Assembly (NCBI GenBank): GCA_032718475.1
Contig: JAUCBJ010003264.1
Location: forward strand, 1 to 56,339
Length of the DNA stretch: 56,339 bases
Direction of reading: 5' to 3'
Source of the DNA: Nemertoderma westbladi
Lineage: Eukaryota; Animalia; Xenacoelomorpha
Shown here: piece after piece, positions 11,309 to 23,100 of the stretch
Layout: every line of letters begins with the position of its first letter
Position numbering within the stretch: position 1 is the first letter of the stretch
The notes under the pieces: generated by a model
Told to the model about the DNA's origin: nothing
Database searches by the model: none
What the model saw: the letters and a program-made list of their open reading frames with translations, nothing else
Translations under genes and position numbers: made by a program

Positions 11309-14300
11309 TTAGCTAACAGTTGCACGTAATTTAAATGCATGAAAAATATATCGCGCAATATTCAAAACTTTAGTAGGATCGTCAGTTTGCATTAATTCAA
11401 TAAATTTTAAAAAATTCGGGAAAACCATATATCTCATACCCAAGTATCTGCACCGCAGGCTGTGATAAAAAGTGCAACCTAATAGAAAATGGTACTCGTC
11501 TTCTACTAAATTAGAATCGCACATATTGCAAATTCGCTGGTCCCTAGCTATACCGTACCATCGTCCCGTTTCAATACTCAGCCCGTGTGATGAGCATCTA
11601 AATTGCGCAAAAAGCCGGCGCAACGCTAAATGATTACTCAATACGTAAATGTAAGTAGAGGGTTTGAATATTTCCTTTATATAAAATCTTCCTTTTGGGG
11701 ACGATGCTACTTCTGATCTCCAAAATTGCACAAACTGATCAGTGATACGTTGCTTTACATTGAATAGAAAAAAAGTATTAACACTATTACCTACATCCTG
11801 ATTTTGCCAAGCCCAACTAAATCCTAAATCATTTAGTATTCCTCTTAATTGCACAACCCAACTTTTTGGCGTTAAATGACTACTACTACTATCTAGCACG
11901 TTATTCAAATCATTGCACAACATTAAATAAGCCTGTTTCACCAACCTAGTATTTGGTAGATTAATAATTCTGGTCCAATACTTAACTAATCTGAATCGAC
12001 GTTCGAAAATAAGTGGTAATTGACCTGTCTCTCCATATACTGCAAAATTTGGAGTAGTTTTTTTAACACCCAGAAAATTTTTCAGAAACCGTAAGTGTAC
12101 CCTTTCTACATCATCAGCTGTATCAAAACCCCAAATTTCAGCACCGTACATTAAAATAGGTTTCACTAAAGTGTTGAATAAATTTATAGCACAATCGAAA
12201 GTAGCATGGGGAAATCGTACAAAGTATTTTAGTAAAGAAAAATATGCTCTACTACCTCGTTCTGCAATGTTACTTTGTGCAATATAAAATTTTCCAGACA
12301 CCGTGAAGATAATACCTAAATATGTATACTGATTAATTTTTGGCATCACTTTGTTATTGTAGTAAAATTGCACCGCCGATGGACGACCTTTGTGACCAAA
12401 AACGACAACATTAGATTTATCTAAGTTTACTTCCAAGCACGAATATTTACAATAAAATTCTAGAATTATTAGGGATTGCTGTAAAGCTGACTCAGTCTCT
12501 GCCAATATAACGATGTCGTCAGCAAATAGCAATAAGAATAATTTCATCGTACCAACATCTATACCTTCAATGCCACCTTGTCTTAATTCGTTTTCCAAAT
12601 CATTAATAAAAATACTGAACAAAAAGGGTGATAAGCTCTCACCTTGTCTTACTCCTATAGATACTAAAAATGTTTCTGACAATTTACCATCTACTTTTAC
12701 ACATGACTTTACACTACTATACATATTCTTAATAACATTTAGCATTTTGCCACCCGCACCTAAATTGATTAATTTCAACCATAAAGCTGCACGACTAACT
12801 GAATCGAATGCCTTTTTCAGGTCAATAAAAGCACAATATAATTTTATCTTACGAGTTAACAAAAAGTGATCAATAAGCGCACGTAAAACAAACATTTGGT
12901 CAACTGTAGAAAACCCTGCTAGAAAACCACCCTGGGCTTCAACTACAATACCATAACAATCTGCCCACCATTGTAAACGACTATTAATAACGGATGTGAA
13001 TAATTTACCCAAAATTGACAACAGAGTTATTCCCCTATAGTTACCGGGATCCGACTTTTTCCCCTTTTTAAACAATGGACATATAATACCAATTGTCCAA
13101 TCTCGTGGAAAATTGCCCGATTCCAAAATAGCACTAAATAATATTGTTCACACCGGTACTAACTGATCCCGACCTTCAATAATGAATTCACTAATAATAT
13201 TGTCTACACCTGGAGATTTACCGCGCTTTAACTTATTAATAGCGTTATTTACTTCTACTTCATCAAATGGCATACTCAAATCATTCTCAAAACAATTTCT
13301 ACTTTCAATTATATTAACATTTCTACCTACGTAACTACTACAATTCCTTCCCATATCCTGAAAATTTGAATTGTTTGAACTAAGTCGCTCGAAATATTGT
13401 TTAAACTGGTTAATAGATGGTTCATTTGCCCCTCTCGGAATAGCAACCCGTCAAATAGATTTCAATTTTTTCCAAAACTTTTTCGGGTCTGACACACGTG
13501 CCAGGTTCAGGCGCTGCGCTTCATTTCTCGAATATTCAAATTGGGTTTTACGCAGGGTTGCTTTATATTGAGCACGCCTCCTTTGAAGTAAGGAATACGC
13601 TTCAGGTGCTCCAGAACTTTTCCAATTAGACAACGCACTATTAAAAGCCAACTTTGCATCCCTACATTCTAAATTAAACCAAATTGCACCATTACAAAAG
13701 GAATTAACATTACCTTGTTCGTTATCAGTTCGATGTAATGATAAAATTTCTGCCTGACGATCGAATATATCCGAAAGGTTCCCCACCGCAGCGTCTAAAT
13801 TTTGCAGTGATAAATTAACATCGGAGATAATCAGGTCGCCAATATTCTGCAGCTCGTTTATCATATTTGCATCTTTCATATTCGTATTAAATTGCTGTTT
13901 AACTCTATCGTTCCAAAAATAACGGTTTACTGGAGTACCCTCAACATGTATGTTACTAGCATCGGGTTCAGTAGCGTTTGGCTCGAGAAATGTTTGCACT
14001 TCTAATTTAAATGAAATTGTACAGTGGTGACTATAAATATTTGGGATACCAATAGAAAAATCTGTACAATGCCCCATCATTGGTACTGTGCCTAGTACAT
14101 AATCAATTGTAGAAGAACCATTGCCAGAACGAAAAGTAAAATCACCACAGGCTTCGTCATTCCCTAGCCTTCCATTAAAAATGCGTAGGCCAGTGTTTTT
14201 ACATAGGTTTAATAATGTTGTACCATAGGCATTTACCTTTTTATCAATAATTATTTCTATCGATATTTATACAATAATAAATAAATTCATTTTCATCATC

Positions 14301-15170
14301 AACCTGGTCACCAATAAGTGATTCATCACAATGTGTAATCATCCCGCCATAATGGCGGGATGATTACACATTGTGATGAATCACTTATTGGTGACCAGGT
14401 TGATGATGAAAATGAATTTATTTATTATTGTATAAATATCGATAGAAATAATTTTGATAAAAAGGTAAATGCCTATGGTACAACATTATTAACGTTGCAA
14501 TGTCATTGCTTACAATGTAATTGCATCCTTTAGCCGTTCTGGCATTTAAATCACCAATAACTAGTATATCTGCACTGTCCCAATAAAATGCCAACCCTCT
14601 TTCAATATCATCAAATAAGTCAATTGCACTGTTGTTGTGGCTTGTGGAATTGTACGGCGCTATATATGCACAACAAAAAATAAGATCCCTTTCTAAACCT
14701 AAACATTGTTTATCTAGTTTTAACCATATAATATCTTCTACACTGAAATCATTTAGATTGGTTACGTGTGGTTCTAGATCAATTTTAAAATATACCAACA
14801 CTCCACCACTGAAGCGTTTTGCACTACGATGTTTCTTATTCCGACACACCTTAAAATAATTATATCCCCCTATATCTAAGTTTAGTAACCCATATGGAGC
14901 TAACCAAGTTTCCGTACATATAAAAATATCGTGTGCTCGCACGAGTTTATGAAAATCAACATCCGCTAGTGCTGAACTAATACCTTCAACATTTAAATGT
15001 CCTACATTAAGTGATCTAGTAATTGCAGGTTCATCAGAAACAGAAGGTGTAATATTAGTAGTCATATTATTGTTTACCGAGTTTTGTGATCGATCATCAT
15101 CATTCGAGTTTAAACCTGAGAGCCCGAACTGATTAGTTTGGCACCTCAACCGTTGGGTTGTGGATCGCAC
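11309..15170 (-). pseudogene. LINE A ORF2 (APE endonuclease + RT + C-terminal CCHC), disrupted by frameshifts and an inverted duplication
   Basis: LNVGHLNVEG, CTETW, GDLNART, GKSPGVD, NYRGITL, IDLKKAFDSV, GVRQGESLSP, FADD, PILMYGAEIW, IETGRW...CNMC...EDEYHFLLGC across ORFs 14418-15170, 13451-14080, 13148-13354 and 11309-13126. Confidence 0.9.
14209..14492. repeat. 284-bp near-perfect palindrome (arms 142/141 bp, 1-nt spacer at 14351)
   Basis: 14209-14350 is the reverse complement of 14352-14492 apart from one indel. Confidence 0.95.
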
Positions 15171-15661
15171 GTTCTGGGGTGCCCTTCTCCCGTCTCATTG
15201 GCTGGCTGATCGAGAGAGCCTTCTTCCGGCTCATTGGCTGGCTGATCGAGTGAGCCTTCTTCTTCACCCAGCACGTCGAACGCGTTGTGAAGATGCAAAC
15301 GAGAGACCCGAGAACCCTCTTGAGGTCTACCAGCAGTATCATCAGAACCAGACAGAGGTTGTGAGTATTTGCCGGGAATTATTATCCATTCGGGATTTGA
15401 AGGAGTAGAATTCAGTGATTGTTGAAGCTGAACTGTAATTGGCGTCTGCGCCCCAGCATTTTCAACCGTCTCAGATTGTATAATACCCTGTTGTTGATAT
15501 TCTGTGGCATCCATTTCAGCCTCGCAGATTGACTCTTCAATGTGCGCAAGCGGATCTAGTTCTAAAGTAGACCTGGTGACCAAAGAAGAGGACACAGTTG
15601 TGCTCGTTGGCGCGGGCATAGTGGGCGCGGGCTGCCTCATGCGTTGAGTGGGCAGAACTGT
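15146..15661 (-). pseudogene. Orphaned C-terminal part of LINE A ORF1
   Basis: TVLPTQRMRQPAPT continues the PPMQRTGPSAPT repeats encoded at 22922-23210; in frame after removing B; contains an EEGSLDQPANE duplication and ends just before ORF2. Confidence 0.8.
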
Positions 15662-15665
15662 AGTA

Positions 15666-15697
<32 letters not shown>

Positions 15698-15957
15698 CAT
15701 CTTTTATTTCCTTAAAACTCCGCCTGGTAAACCAATTGGAGGCAGCTAGCAAACAAACGTCGCACAAGCTGATAATTTAAAAAGGAAATAAGCGTCAGTT
15801 GTCCAGCAGGGGTCTAACTATATACGTAAAACATAGACATCAAGTAGGGGCGGGGCCTACTACTAACAACTTTACTGGTATCTAAACAAATAACAATAAC
15901 AATAAACTAATAAAAAGGTGAATGCAGCACAGTGCAGTATATATCCTGTTCCTGGGA

Positions 15958-18900
15958 TTAAGTTATTTCTTCGTATCGAGTGTAGTGTTTCAAATATTTT
16001 GCTTTTACGTCGCGTAAAAATAATTTATATGTATCTTGTTTTTTAATTTCAGTGGGGATACTATTCCATATTTTAATAAGTGCCACTGTTAAACTGTAAG
16101 TTCCATGATTTGAATAAGTTTTTGGAATTTTAATATTGTACGTGCGTGGGTTTAGAAGTTTGTGGGAACCAGAAGTTAACAAAGTAATTGGTAAGTATGG
16201 TAGATCTATGTGTTTGAAAGGGGTGGATAAGTTATGCGTATATTTGTGAAAGAATTTTAAAGCGTTAAATTCTCGCAGTGAATGTAAATTTGGTATTTTA
16301 GCAATGGTGCGAAGTTCTGTGCCGGTGGAATCCCTATTCTTTTTACTGAAGACTACGCGTAAACCAAAGTTTTGTTGTTTCTCTATTTCATATAGTTTTT
16401 GTTTATATCCATATTGTTTGTGTAATGGTACTAGCAAATCTGAGCAATAATTTTGGTAAGGTAATACTGTAGATTTATATATATTTAATTTTGTCTTCAA
16501 TGGTAGTTGTCCTTTAACATTGCGTAGGCATGATATTGCAAGGGCCATTTTGTGAGTAATTTGGTCAATTTGGGCGTGCCAGTTAAGTCTATTATCAATA
16601 ATAACGCCTAAGTACTTAATTGAAGTGGATTGTTCAATTGTGTATGACTGTGTTTTTAGTTGTATTTTTTCTATGCTCGGTGTTCTGGTTTTTGGAGAAA
16701 GTAAGATAAATTCTGACTTATCCGTGTTGAGATCTAGGTTTATATCTAGTAGGTTACGTTCCAGTTTGTCTACATGTTCAGATAGATTGTGTGTTGCTGT
16801 TAAAGGATTTGAATGTGATGCAAATATTAGAGTGTCATCAGCATATTGGATTAGATCTAAATCAGAGAAGGCGGATATGTTATTTACGTATAAAAGAAAT
16901 AGGATAGGTCCTACTTGGGTACCCTGTGGAATGCCGTGATTAATTTTAGCCCAGTCAGAATGAGTATTATTAATTTTGACTCTTTGCACCCTATCATGTA
17001 AGTAGTTTGCTATTAGGTTGGTGGCAGTAGTGTGAAATCCGAGTCGGGTAAGTTTGTTTAATAGGATATTATGATTTAAAGAGTTGAACGCTTTTGCTAC
17101 ATCCAGTGCTGCAATGGCCACGTATTTATTGCTATCTAGTGTTGCTTTCCATGATTCTGTAGTGTAAATTAATGCATCAGAAGTTGCATATCCTTTGCGA
17201 AAACCGAATTGTTTATTTTTGATTATTTTATTTTTAGTTATATATGATACAATTTGGTTTAGCATTACGGTTTCAAAAATTTTAGCAAATGTGGATGTTA
17301 CAGATATTGGGCGATAGTTGGTAGCATTCTCTCTATCTCCCTTTTTGAAAACAGGGGTAATATTAGTCATTTTTAAGTTTGAGGGGAACTTCGATGTGGT
17401 TAAACTTTGGTTTATTATATATGTTAATGGGTAGGCTATTTTTGTCTTAATTAATTTTATTATGCGTGGGGGAATTGTGGAGGGACCAGCAGATTTATTC
17501 GTATTTAGTTTATCCAAGATGGTTAAGAGATCAGTTACAGTGATATTGTGAAATGAAAAAGTATCATTGCACAATGGAGTATGTGTGTTAACAGGTAGTG
17601 TTTGTTTTGTGATATTTCTAGTCTGTAGTCCCAGTGTTAAAAATGTAGAGTTGAGTATATTAGCTATTATTTTGCAACCGTGTTCAATTTTTCCATTTTT
17701 AGTTTTTATTGTATTAATCATATCGCTCGTACTTTTTTTATTTAAAATTGAGTTAATTATTTTCCAGCGTGATTTTGCATTTTTTGCCCCAGCAAATTTT
17801 GATTTCATATAATTATTTTTTAATGTGCGATTTAAGTTATTGTATTTATTTCTATTCGTCTTAAAGTTTGCATAATCATCATCAGTTTTAGTTGTTCTCC
17901 AGATATATAGTGAGTCCATTTTTTGTTTATTTAGTTGTTTTAATTCCTGTGTTTCCCATGCATTTTTGTTTGTAGTGTTCTTAGTTCTGTTTTCTGTTAT
18001 TGTTTTTGTTGTTATAGGAGCATGTCTGTTTAGTACGTTTTCAATTTCATGTTCGAAGTAATTATATGATTTGTCAATGTCCGCGTTATTGTATAGTGGG
18101 GCCCAATTTATTTGCGATATATCCTGCAAGAACATTTTTTCTGAGAACTGTTTATAATCTCTGTATGTTATTCTTATGCTACTTTTTTTGGACGTGGGTG
18201 TCGCGCTTAGCTTCGTGTCACAATGTAATAATACATAATCGTGGTCAGAGAAGCCACTCGGTGTTGTTATTGAATTATAAATGGATTTATTATGGGAGGT
18301 AGTGAGGTATAAGTCAAGTAATGAGTTTTTGTTTTTCCCATTGCCATATCGTGTTGGGGTAAGTTCATTAAGTAGGTCTAGATTATAAGTAATCATATAG
18401 TTTTCAAGTTCCTTCACTTTCACATTATTTTTATCTAACATATCACAATTAAAGTCACCTGCTATGATTGTATTACTATAATTGTAGTTCAGTGCATTTT
18501 CCGTTTCTTCAAGAAAATCTTCAAGAAAAGATACATTTTTGGGGGGTCGATATACTACGCCGAATAGAATACTGGTATCGATTTCTATCCAAAGTGACTC
18601 ATATGCAGATTTGCAGTTTTTATTTTGGATGTCCTGCTTTACTTTATGCGGCAAGTTTTCTGGAATATAAATAAGAACCCCCCCTCCCTTTCTTTTCCTC
18701 CTATCGTTACGGTAATGTACATATCCAGGTATTGAAATAGATTGTTTACTATGTTTCCGCTTTAACCATGTTTCTGTTACTCCAATTATTGCGTACTGGT
18801 TAAGAGACATAATTAATTGTTTTAATTCTTCATAATTTTTCACTAAACTGCGGGTGTTGATTAAAATGAAATTTACCCCGTTAGGATTTTGTGTCATGTA

Positions 18901-20004
18901 GTCGGTTACTGTTATACATTGTGTATTAGGTCGATTGTTCGTCTTAGTTGGCTGTGTACCTTTAGGTCCCGGGTTAGTTTCTATATCATTGCATTGGGCG
19001 AATATGTCTGCTAAAAAGTTGCCTGATATGTAAACTATTATATTGATACCTAAACTTATAAAAAATTGTGTGAGCATATGAGTTACTTGGTGCACTCTTG
19101 GGACTGTTTGGCGTGGACTAAATAAAGAACCTGAGTAACTTCTATTGGGACTAAGTACTTTTATATTGTAGGCGTGTGCTGTAACAGTAAAACGGTTATG
19201 TACCGACAATTGTGACGCTAATTGTATAGTTAATACTAAACATACTAAACCTACTAAACCTGTGGGTTTTCTACATTCTAATTTACCGTATTGTTTTGTA
19301 ACAAGCCATATTGCGAGTAGGAAATCTATTAATACAGCAGTGGCAGTGATTATAGTATGGAAAAAGTGAATTTGATTTAGGATGAATACTTGCGGTATTA
19401 AGATCTGTAAAAGAATTAACAATGAAAGTCTAATAGGTTTATATTTAGTTTTTCGAAGAAGATTTGGCTTAGATTTTAATAATATTATTTTCTTTCGCGA
19501 CAAAAATGGGCGAATATAGTTGCCATAGATACTGGCTAGGATATTTACAGCAAAGTTTACATAAACCTCATTTACACAATGTAAATGTAATAAGAAAATA
19601 TATTTGTTAAACATTAATATCAAATATACAAGATATATACATATGCGCCGAGTTTCAATTCTAAATAAACCCGCCATAAACATATAACAAGCCCCTTGCT
19701 GGCAACTCAGTATGGGACGCTCTAACCTGTTATATAGTAAATTGCACTTTAATAGTAATAAATGAATATTGGCGAACAACGGAATTAATAATATGGCGTA
19801 AATAAGTTCATGGCAATTCGTAAGTAAGGCACGGTAATTATAATTATATGGTACATACAAAGGTGCTATATGGGTGGCACTGGCGTTGAAATTACATAAT
19901 AAATGTTTTAAGTTTGGTTTATCTCTATATACTTCTGTCGCTGCTTCGCTTTGTGCTCTGGCGTTAGATTTATTAAAAATATTATAATTAAAACATAATG
20001 ACAA
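15958..20004 (-). CDS. LINE B ORF2: hydrophobic leader + 2A peptide + APE endonuclease + reverse transcriptase (first ATG at 19683)
   Basis: DIETNPGP; INTRSL, GVTETW, VYRPP, AGDFN, SDHD; NYRPIS, QFGFR, LDVAKAF, GIPQG, QYADD, KYLG; no stop codon over 1348 codons. Confidence 0.93.
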   Translation of the reverse strand: MSLCFNYNIFNKSNARAQSEAATEVYRDKPNLKHLLCNFNASATHIAPLYVPYNYNYRALLTNCHELIYAILLIPLFANIHLLLLKCNLLYNRLERPILSCQQGACYMFMAGLFRIETRRICIYLVYLILMFNKYIFLLHLHCVNEVYVNFAVNILASIYGNYIRPFLSRKKIILLKSKPNLLRKTKYKPIRLSLLILLQILIPQVFILNQIHFFHTIITATAVLIDFLLAIWLVTKQYGKLECRKPTGLVGLVCLVLTIQLASQLSVHNRFTVTAHAYNIKVLSPNRSYSGSLFSPRQTVPRVHQVTHMLTQFFISLGINIIVYISGNFLADIFAQCNDIETNPGPKGTQPTKTNNRPNTQCITVTDYMTQNPNGVNFILINTRSLVKNYEELKQLIMSLNQYAIIGVTETWLKRKHSKQSISIPGYVHYRNDRRKRKGGGVLIYIPENLPHKVKQDIQNKNCKSAYESLWIEIDTSILFGVVYRPPKNVSFLEDFLEETENALNYNYSNTIIAGDFNCDMLDKNNVKVKELENYMITYNLDLLNELTPTRYGNGKNKNSLLDLYLTTSHNKSIYNSITTPSGFSDHDYVLLHCDTKLSATPTSKKSSIRITYRDYKQFSEKMFLQDISQINWAPLYNNADIDKSYNYFEHEIENVLNRHAPITTKTITENRTKNTTNKNAWETQELKQLNKQKMDSLYIWRTTKTDDDYANFKTNRNKYNNLNRTLKNNYMKSKFAGAKNAKSRWKIINSILNKKSTSDMINTIKTKNGKIEHGCKIIANILNSTFLTLGLQTRNITKQTLPVNTHTPLCNDTFSFHNITVTDLLTILDKLNTNKSAGPSTIPPRIIKLIKTKIAYPLTYIINQSLTTSKFPSNLKMTNITPVFKKGDRENATNYRPISVTSTFAKIFETVMLNQIVSYITKNKIIKNKQFGFRKGYATSDALIYTTESWKATLDSNKYVAIAALDVAKAFNSLNHNILLNKLTRLGFHTTATNLIANYLHDRVQRVKINNTHSDWAKINHGIPQGTQVGPILFLLYVNNISAFSDLDLIQYADDTLIFASHSNPLTATHNLSEHVDKLERNLLDINLDLNTDKSEFILLSPKTRTPSIEKIQLKTQSYTIEQSTSIKYLGVIIDNRLNWHAQIDQITHKMALAISCLRNVKGQLPLKTKLNIYKSTVLPYQNYCSDLLVPLHKQYGYKQKLYEIEKQQNFGLRVVFSKKNRDSTGTELRTIAKIPNLHSLREFNALKFFHKYTHNLSTPFKHIDLPYLPITLLTSGSHKLLNPRTYNIKIPKTYSNHGTYSLTVALIKIWNSIPTEIKKQDTYKLFLRDVKAKYLKHYTRYEEIT
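18964..18987 (-). other. 2A-like ribosomal skipping (StopGo) motif DIETNPG|P
   Basis: Exact match to D[VI]ExNPGP immediately upstream of the APE domain. Confidence 0.85.
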
Positions 20005-20131
20005 TATTATGCATATTAAAATTATTCCGCACTTGAATGAAATAGTTTAGTGATATGTTAGTTATTACGGTTGGTTATGGTTATTACATGGTTCAATGGT
20101 TCTTTGTAAAAATGTTAAAGATTATTATTAT

Positions 20132-23100
20132 TCATATATTTATAGCTCGCAGTAACGAAATAAAAGCATCTACTACTGGTCTGTTGTACTTAAGGAGAAC
20201 CTTCTCTTCAGGTACCTCATGGCACTGAGCCGGGATGGTGTCGGGGTACCGAGCCGGGTTTATGTCGGGGTACCGAGCCGGGATGGTGTCAGGGTACCGA
20301 GCCGGGTTGGTGTCGGGGTACCGAGCCGGGTTGGTGTCGGGGTACCGAGCCGGGTTGGTGTCGGGGTACCGAGCCGGGTTGGTGTCGGGGTACCGAGCCG
20401 GGTTGGTGTCGGGGTACCGAGCCGGGTTGGTGTCGGGGTACCGAGCCGGGTTGGTGTCGGGGTACCGAGCCGGGTTGGTGTCGGGGTACCGAGCCGGGTT
20501 GGTGTCGGGGTACCGAGCCGGGTTGGTGTCGGGGTACCGAGCCGGGTTGGTGTCGGGGTACCGAGCCGGGTTGGTGTCAGGGTACCGAGCCGGGTTGGTG
20601 TCGGGGTACCGAGCCGGGTTGGTGTCAGGGTACCGAGCCGGGTTGGTGTCGGGGCAACGAGCCGGGTTGGTGTCGGGGTACCGAGCCGGGTTGGTGTCAG
20701 GGTACCGAGCCGGGTTGGTGTCGGGGCACCGAGCCGGGTTGGTGTCGGGGCACCGAGCCGGGTTGGTGTCGGGGTACCGAGCCGGGTTGGTGTCAGGGTA
20801 CCGAGCCGGGTTGGTGTCGGGGTACCGAGCCGGGTTGGTGTCAGGGTACCGAGCCGGGTTGGTGTCGGGGCACCGAGCCGGGTTGGTGTCGGGGTACCGA
20901 GCCGGGTTGGTGTCGGGGTACCGAGCCGGGTTGGTGTCGGGGTACCGAGCCGGGTTGGTGTCGGGGTACCGAGCCGGGGTGGTGTCGGGGTACCGAAGTT
21001 GTTTACCGAAGTTTACCGAGTGGTCGGTAACAATAATATTACGGTGAAGAAAGTCCTTTATGGACTTAGCAAGGATCTTTATATTTCTTAGTGAAATATG
21101 TCTATCGTCATACAGATGGGATCTGTTTATCGTCGTGTGGGATGCTAACGTGACTTTTAATTTCCTACATGAGATTCTGAGGTTGTTATTGATATTGGTA
21201 ACATCGATATCAGTTCGTGGAAGAATGGAAGAAACAACTATTTGACAATTAGGCCAGGTTTGTTTTGCTACTCCGATTGCAGTTTCGATGTTTTTACATA
21301 TAGGCCTTGTAGATCTGTTGATAGGGTCAACTTCATTTGTTCCTGTGTGGATATATATTTTGGTAACATTACTGTCGAATTTAGCGGATGAGTACATTCT
21401 ATCAATAAGATCTTGAGAATTACCTGTAGGAATCATCTTTGCTGTTATGTCGATTTGTCTTGTACGTATAAACCGTCGATTGCTGTCCATAAATATTAGG
21501 ACTCTTGGTTTATCCCTTTTCGCGTTTCGCACCGTTGTGTATGGGGGTGAGGAAGGTCTCGGTGAGTTTTCCTGGCAGTTATCTGCATCAGTAGTTATAG
21601 GATGATTCTGGGACTCAGGGGATTCAGGGACTGGGATTGTTGGGCGTACCGTGGACCCATCCGGGATTGTTGGGCGAACCATGGACCCATCCGGGATTGT
21701 TGGGCGAACCGTGGACCCATCCTGGATTGTTGGGCGAACCGTGGACCCCTCCTGGATAGTTGGGCGAACCGTGGACCCATCCGGGATTGTTGGGCGAACC
21801 GTGGACCCATCCGGGATTGTTGGGCGAACCGTGGACCCATCCGGGATTGTTGGGCAAACCGTGGACCCATCCGGGATTGTTGGGCGAACCATGGACCCAT
21901 CCGGGATTGTTGGGCGAACCGTGGACCCATCCGGGATTGTTGGGCGAATTGTGGACCCATCCGGGATTGTTGGGCAAACCGTGGACCCATCCGGGATTGT
22001 TGGGCGAACCGTGGACCCATCCGGGATTGTTGGGCAAACCGTGGACCCATCCGGGATTGTTGGGCGAACCGTGGACCCATCCGGGATTGTTGGGCAAACC
22101 GTAGACTCGTCCGAGACACCACGACCAAGGGTCGCAGACTCGTCCAGGATTGATTGGTGCCTTGAAAGGGTTTCGTTTAAAAAAGCAATTTCGTTCTGTA
22201 ATGCATGTATACGACCATACATCTCGTCTCTAAATTCCTCCATTTTATGGATGCAGTCACAGTGTGGGTTTTCGACATTATAACGCTTCGTAAACCCGGG
22301 TGACCGGCTACGACTACGATTCCGAAGAATACTACGATCTGACGTCTGACGATCCCAACTTACTGTGTCATCTAATTCGAAAACCGGTATATGACTTTCA
22401 TGATTACTACTAAAGCGATGAAGATTTGGTCTATTTTTTACAAATGGTGGGTTGTCTTCATTTTCAGTTTCTAATATAGCCATATCAACATCGTTTCCGG
22501 TACTGATAGATGTATTAGTTTGCATAGGGATAGGTAGGTCTCTCACCTGACCAATTGAAGTACCGCAATTGTTCTCATAGGTATTTTCTTTGTTAGGGTC
22601 AACAGATACCGGTATCGCCGACGCAATAGGTGCGGGTAGAGTGGAACAAAGACGCAGTGGTCTCTCAGCAGAACGGGGGCCGCTATAGTTTTTCGATAGA
22701 GAACCTCGCTGGGCACCAGGTACAATGTATGGTGCTGTATTGTCTCTTATTGCTTTGAAATCTCTAAGTGAAACTGCCTGCAGTCGCTTTATAAGATCGG
22801 CCCTTGATCCACTAGTTTTTAGATCTAATCGGCCTAATTCAGCCTTAAGAGTTGCGATTGACCATGAGTTTATATCGGGTGGTTGGTCTTGTGTGATAAA
22901 AACACCATCCCCATCGCCACAAGTAGGCGCGGACGGCCCTGAAGTGGGCGCGGACGGCCCTGAAGTGGGTGCGGATGGCCCCGTGCGTTGCATGGGCGGC
23001 CTTGTAGTCGGTGCAGGCGGCCACGTGCGTTGCATGGGCGTCCTTGCAGTAAACGCGGGCGGCCTTGCAGTGAACGCGGACGGCCCCGTGTGCTGCATGG

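Larger units (their letters stand above)
15667..22921 (-). mobile_element. CR1/Crack-like LINE 'B', 5'-truncated in ORF1, with intact ORF2
   Basis: AATAAA plus (TTA)n tail at 15667-15710 on the minus strand; TSD agtag at 15662-15666 and 22922-22926; ORF1 remnant and uninterrupted ORF2. Confidence 0.85.

Noticed and set aside
20219-22283. Multiple overlapping ORFs on both strands
   Set aside because: Shadow frames of the 24-bp and 30-bp GC-rich repeats.
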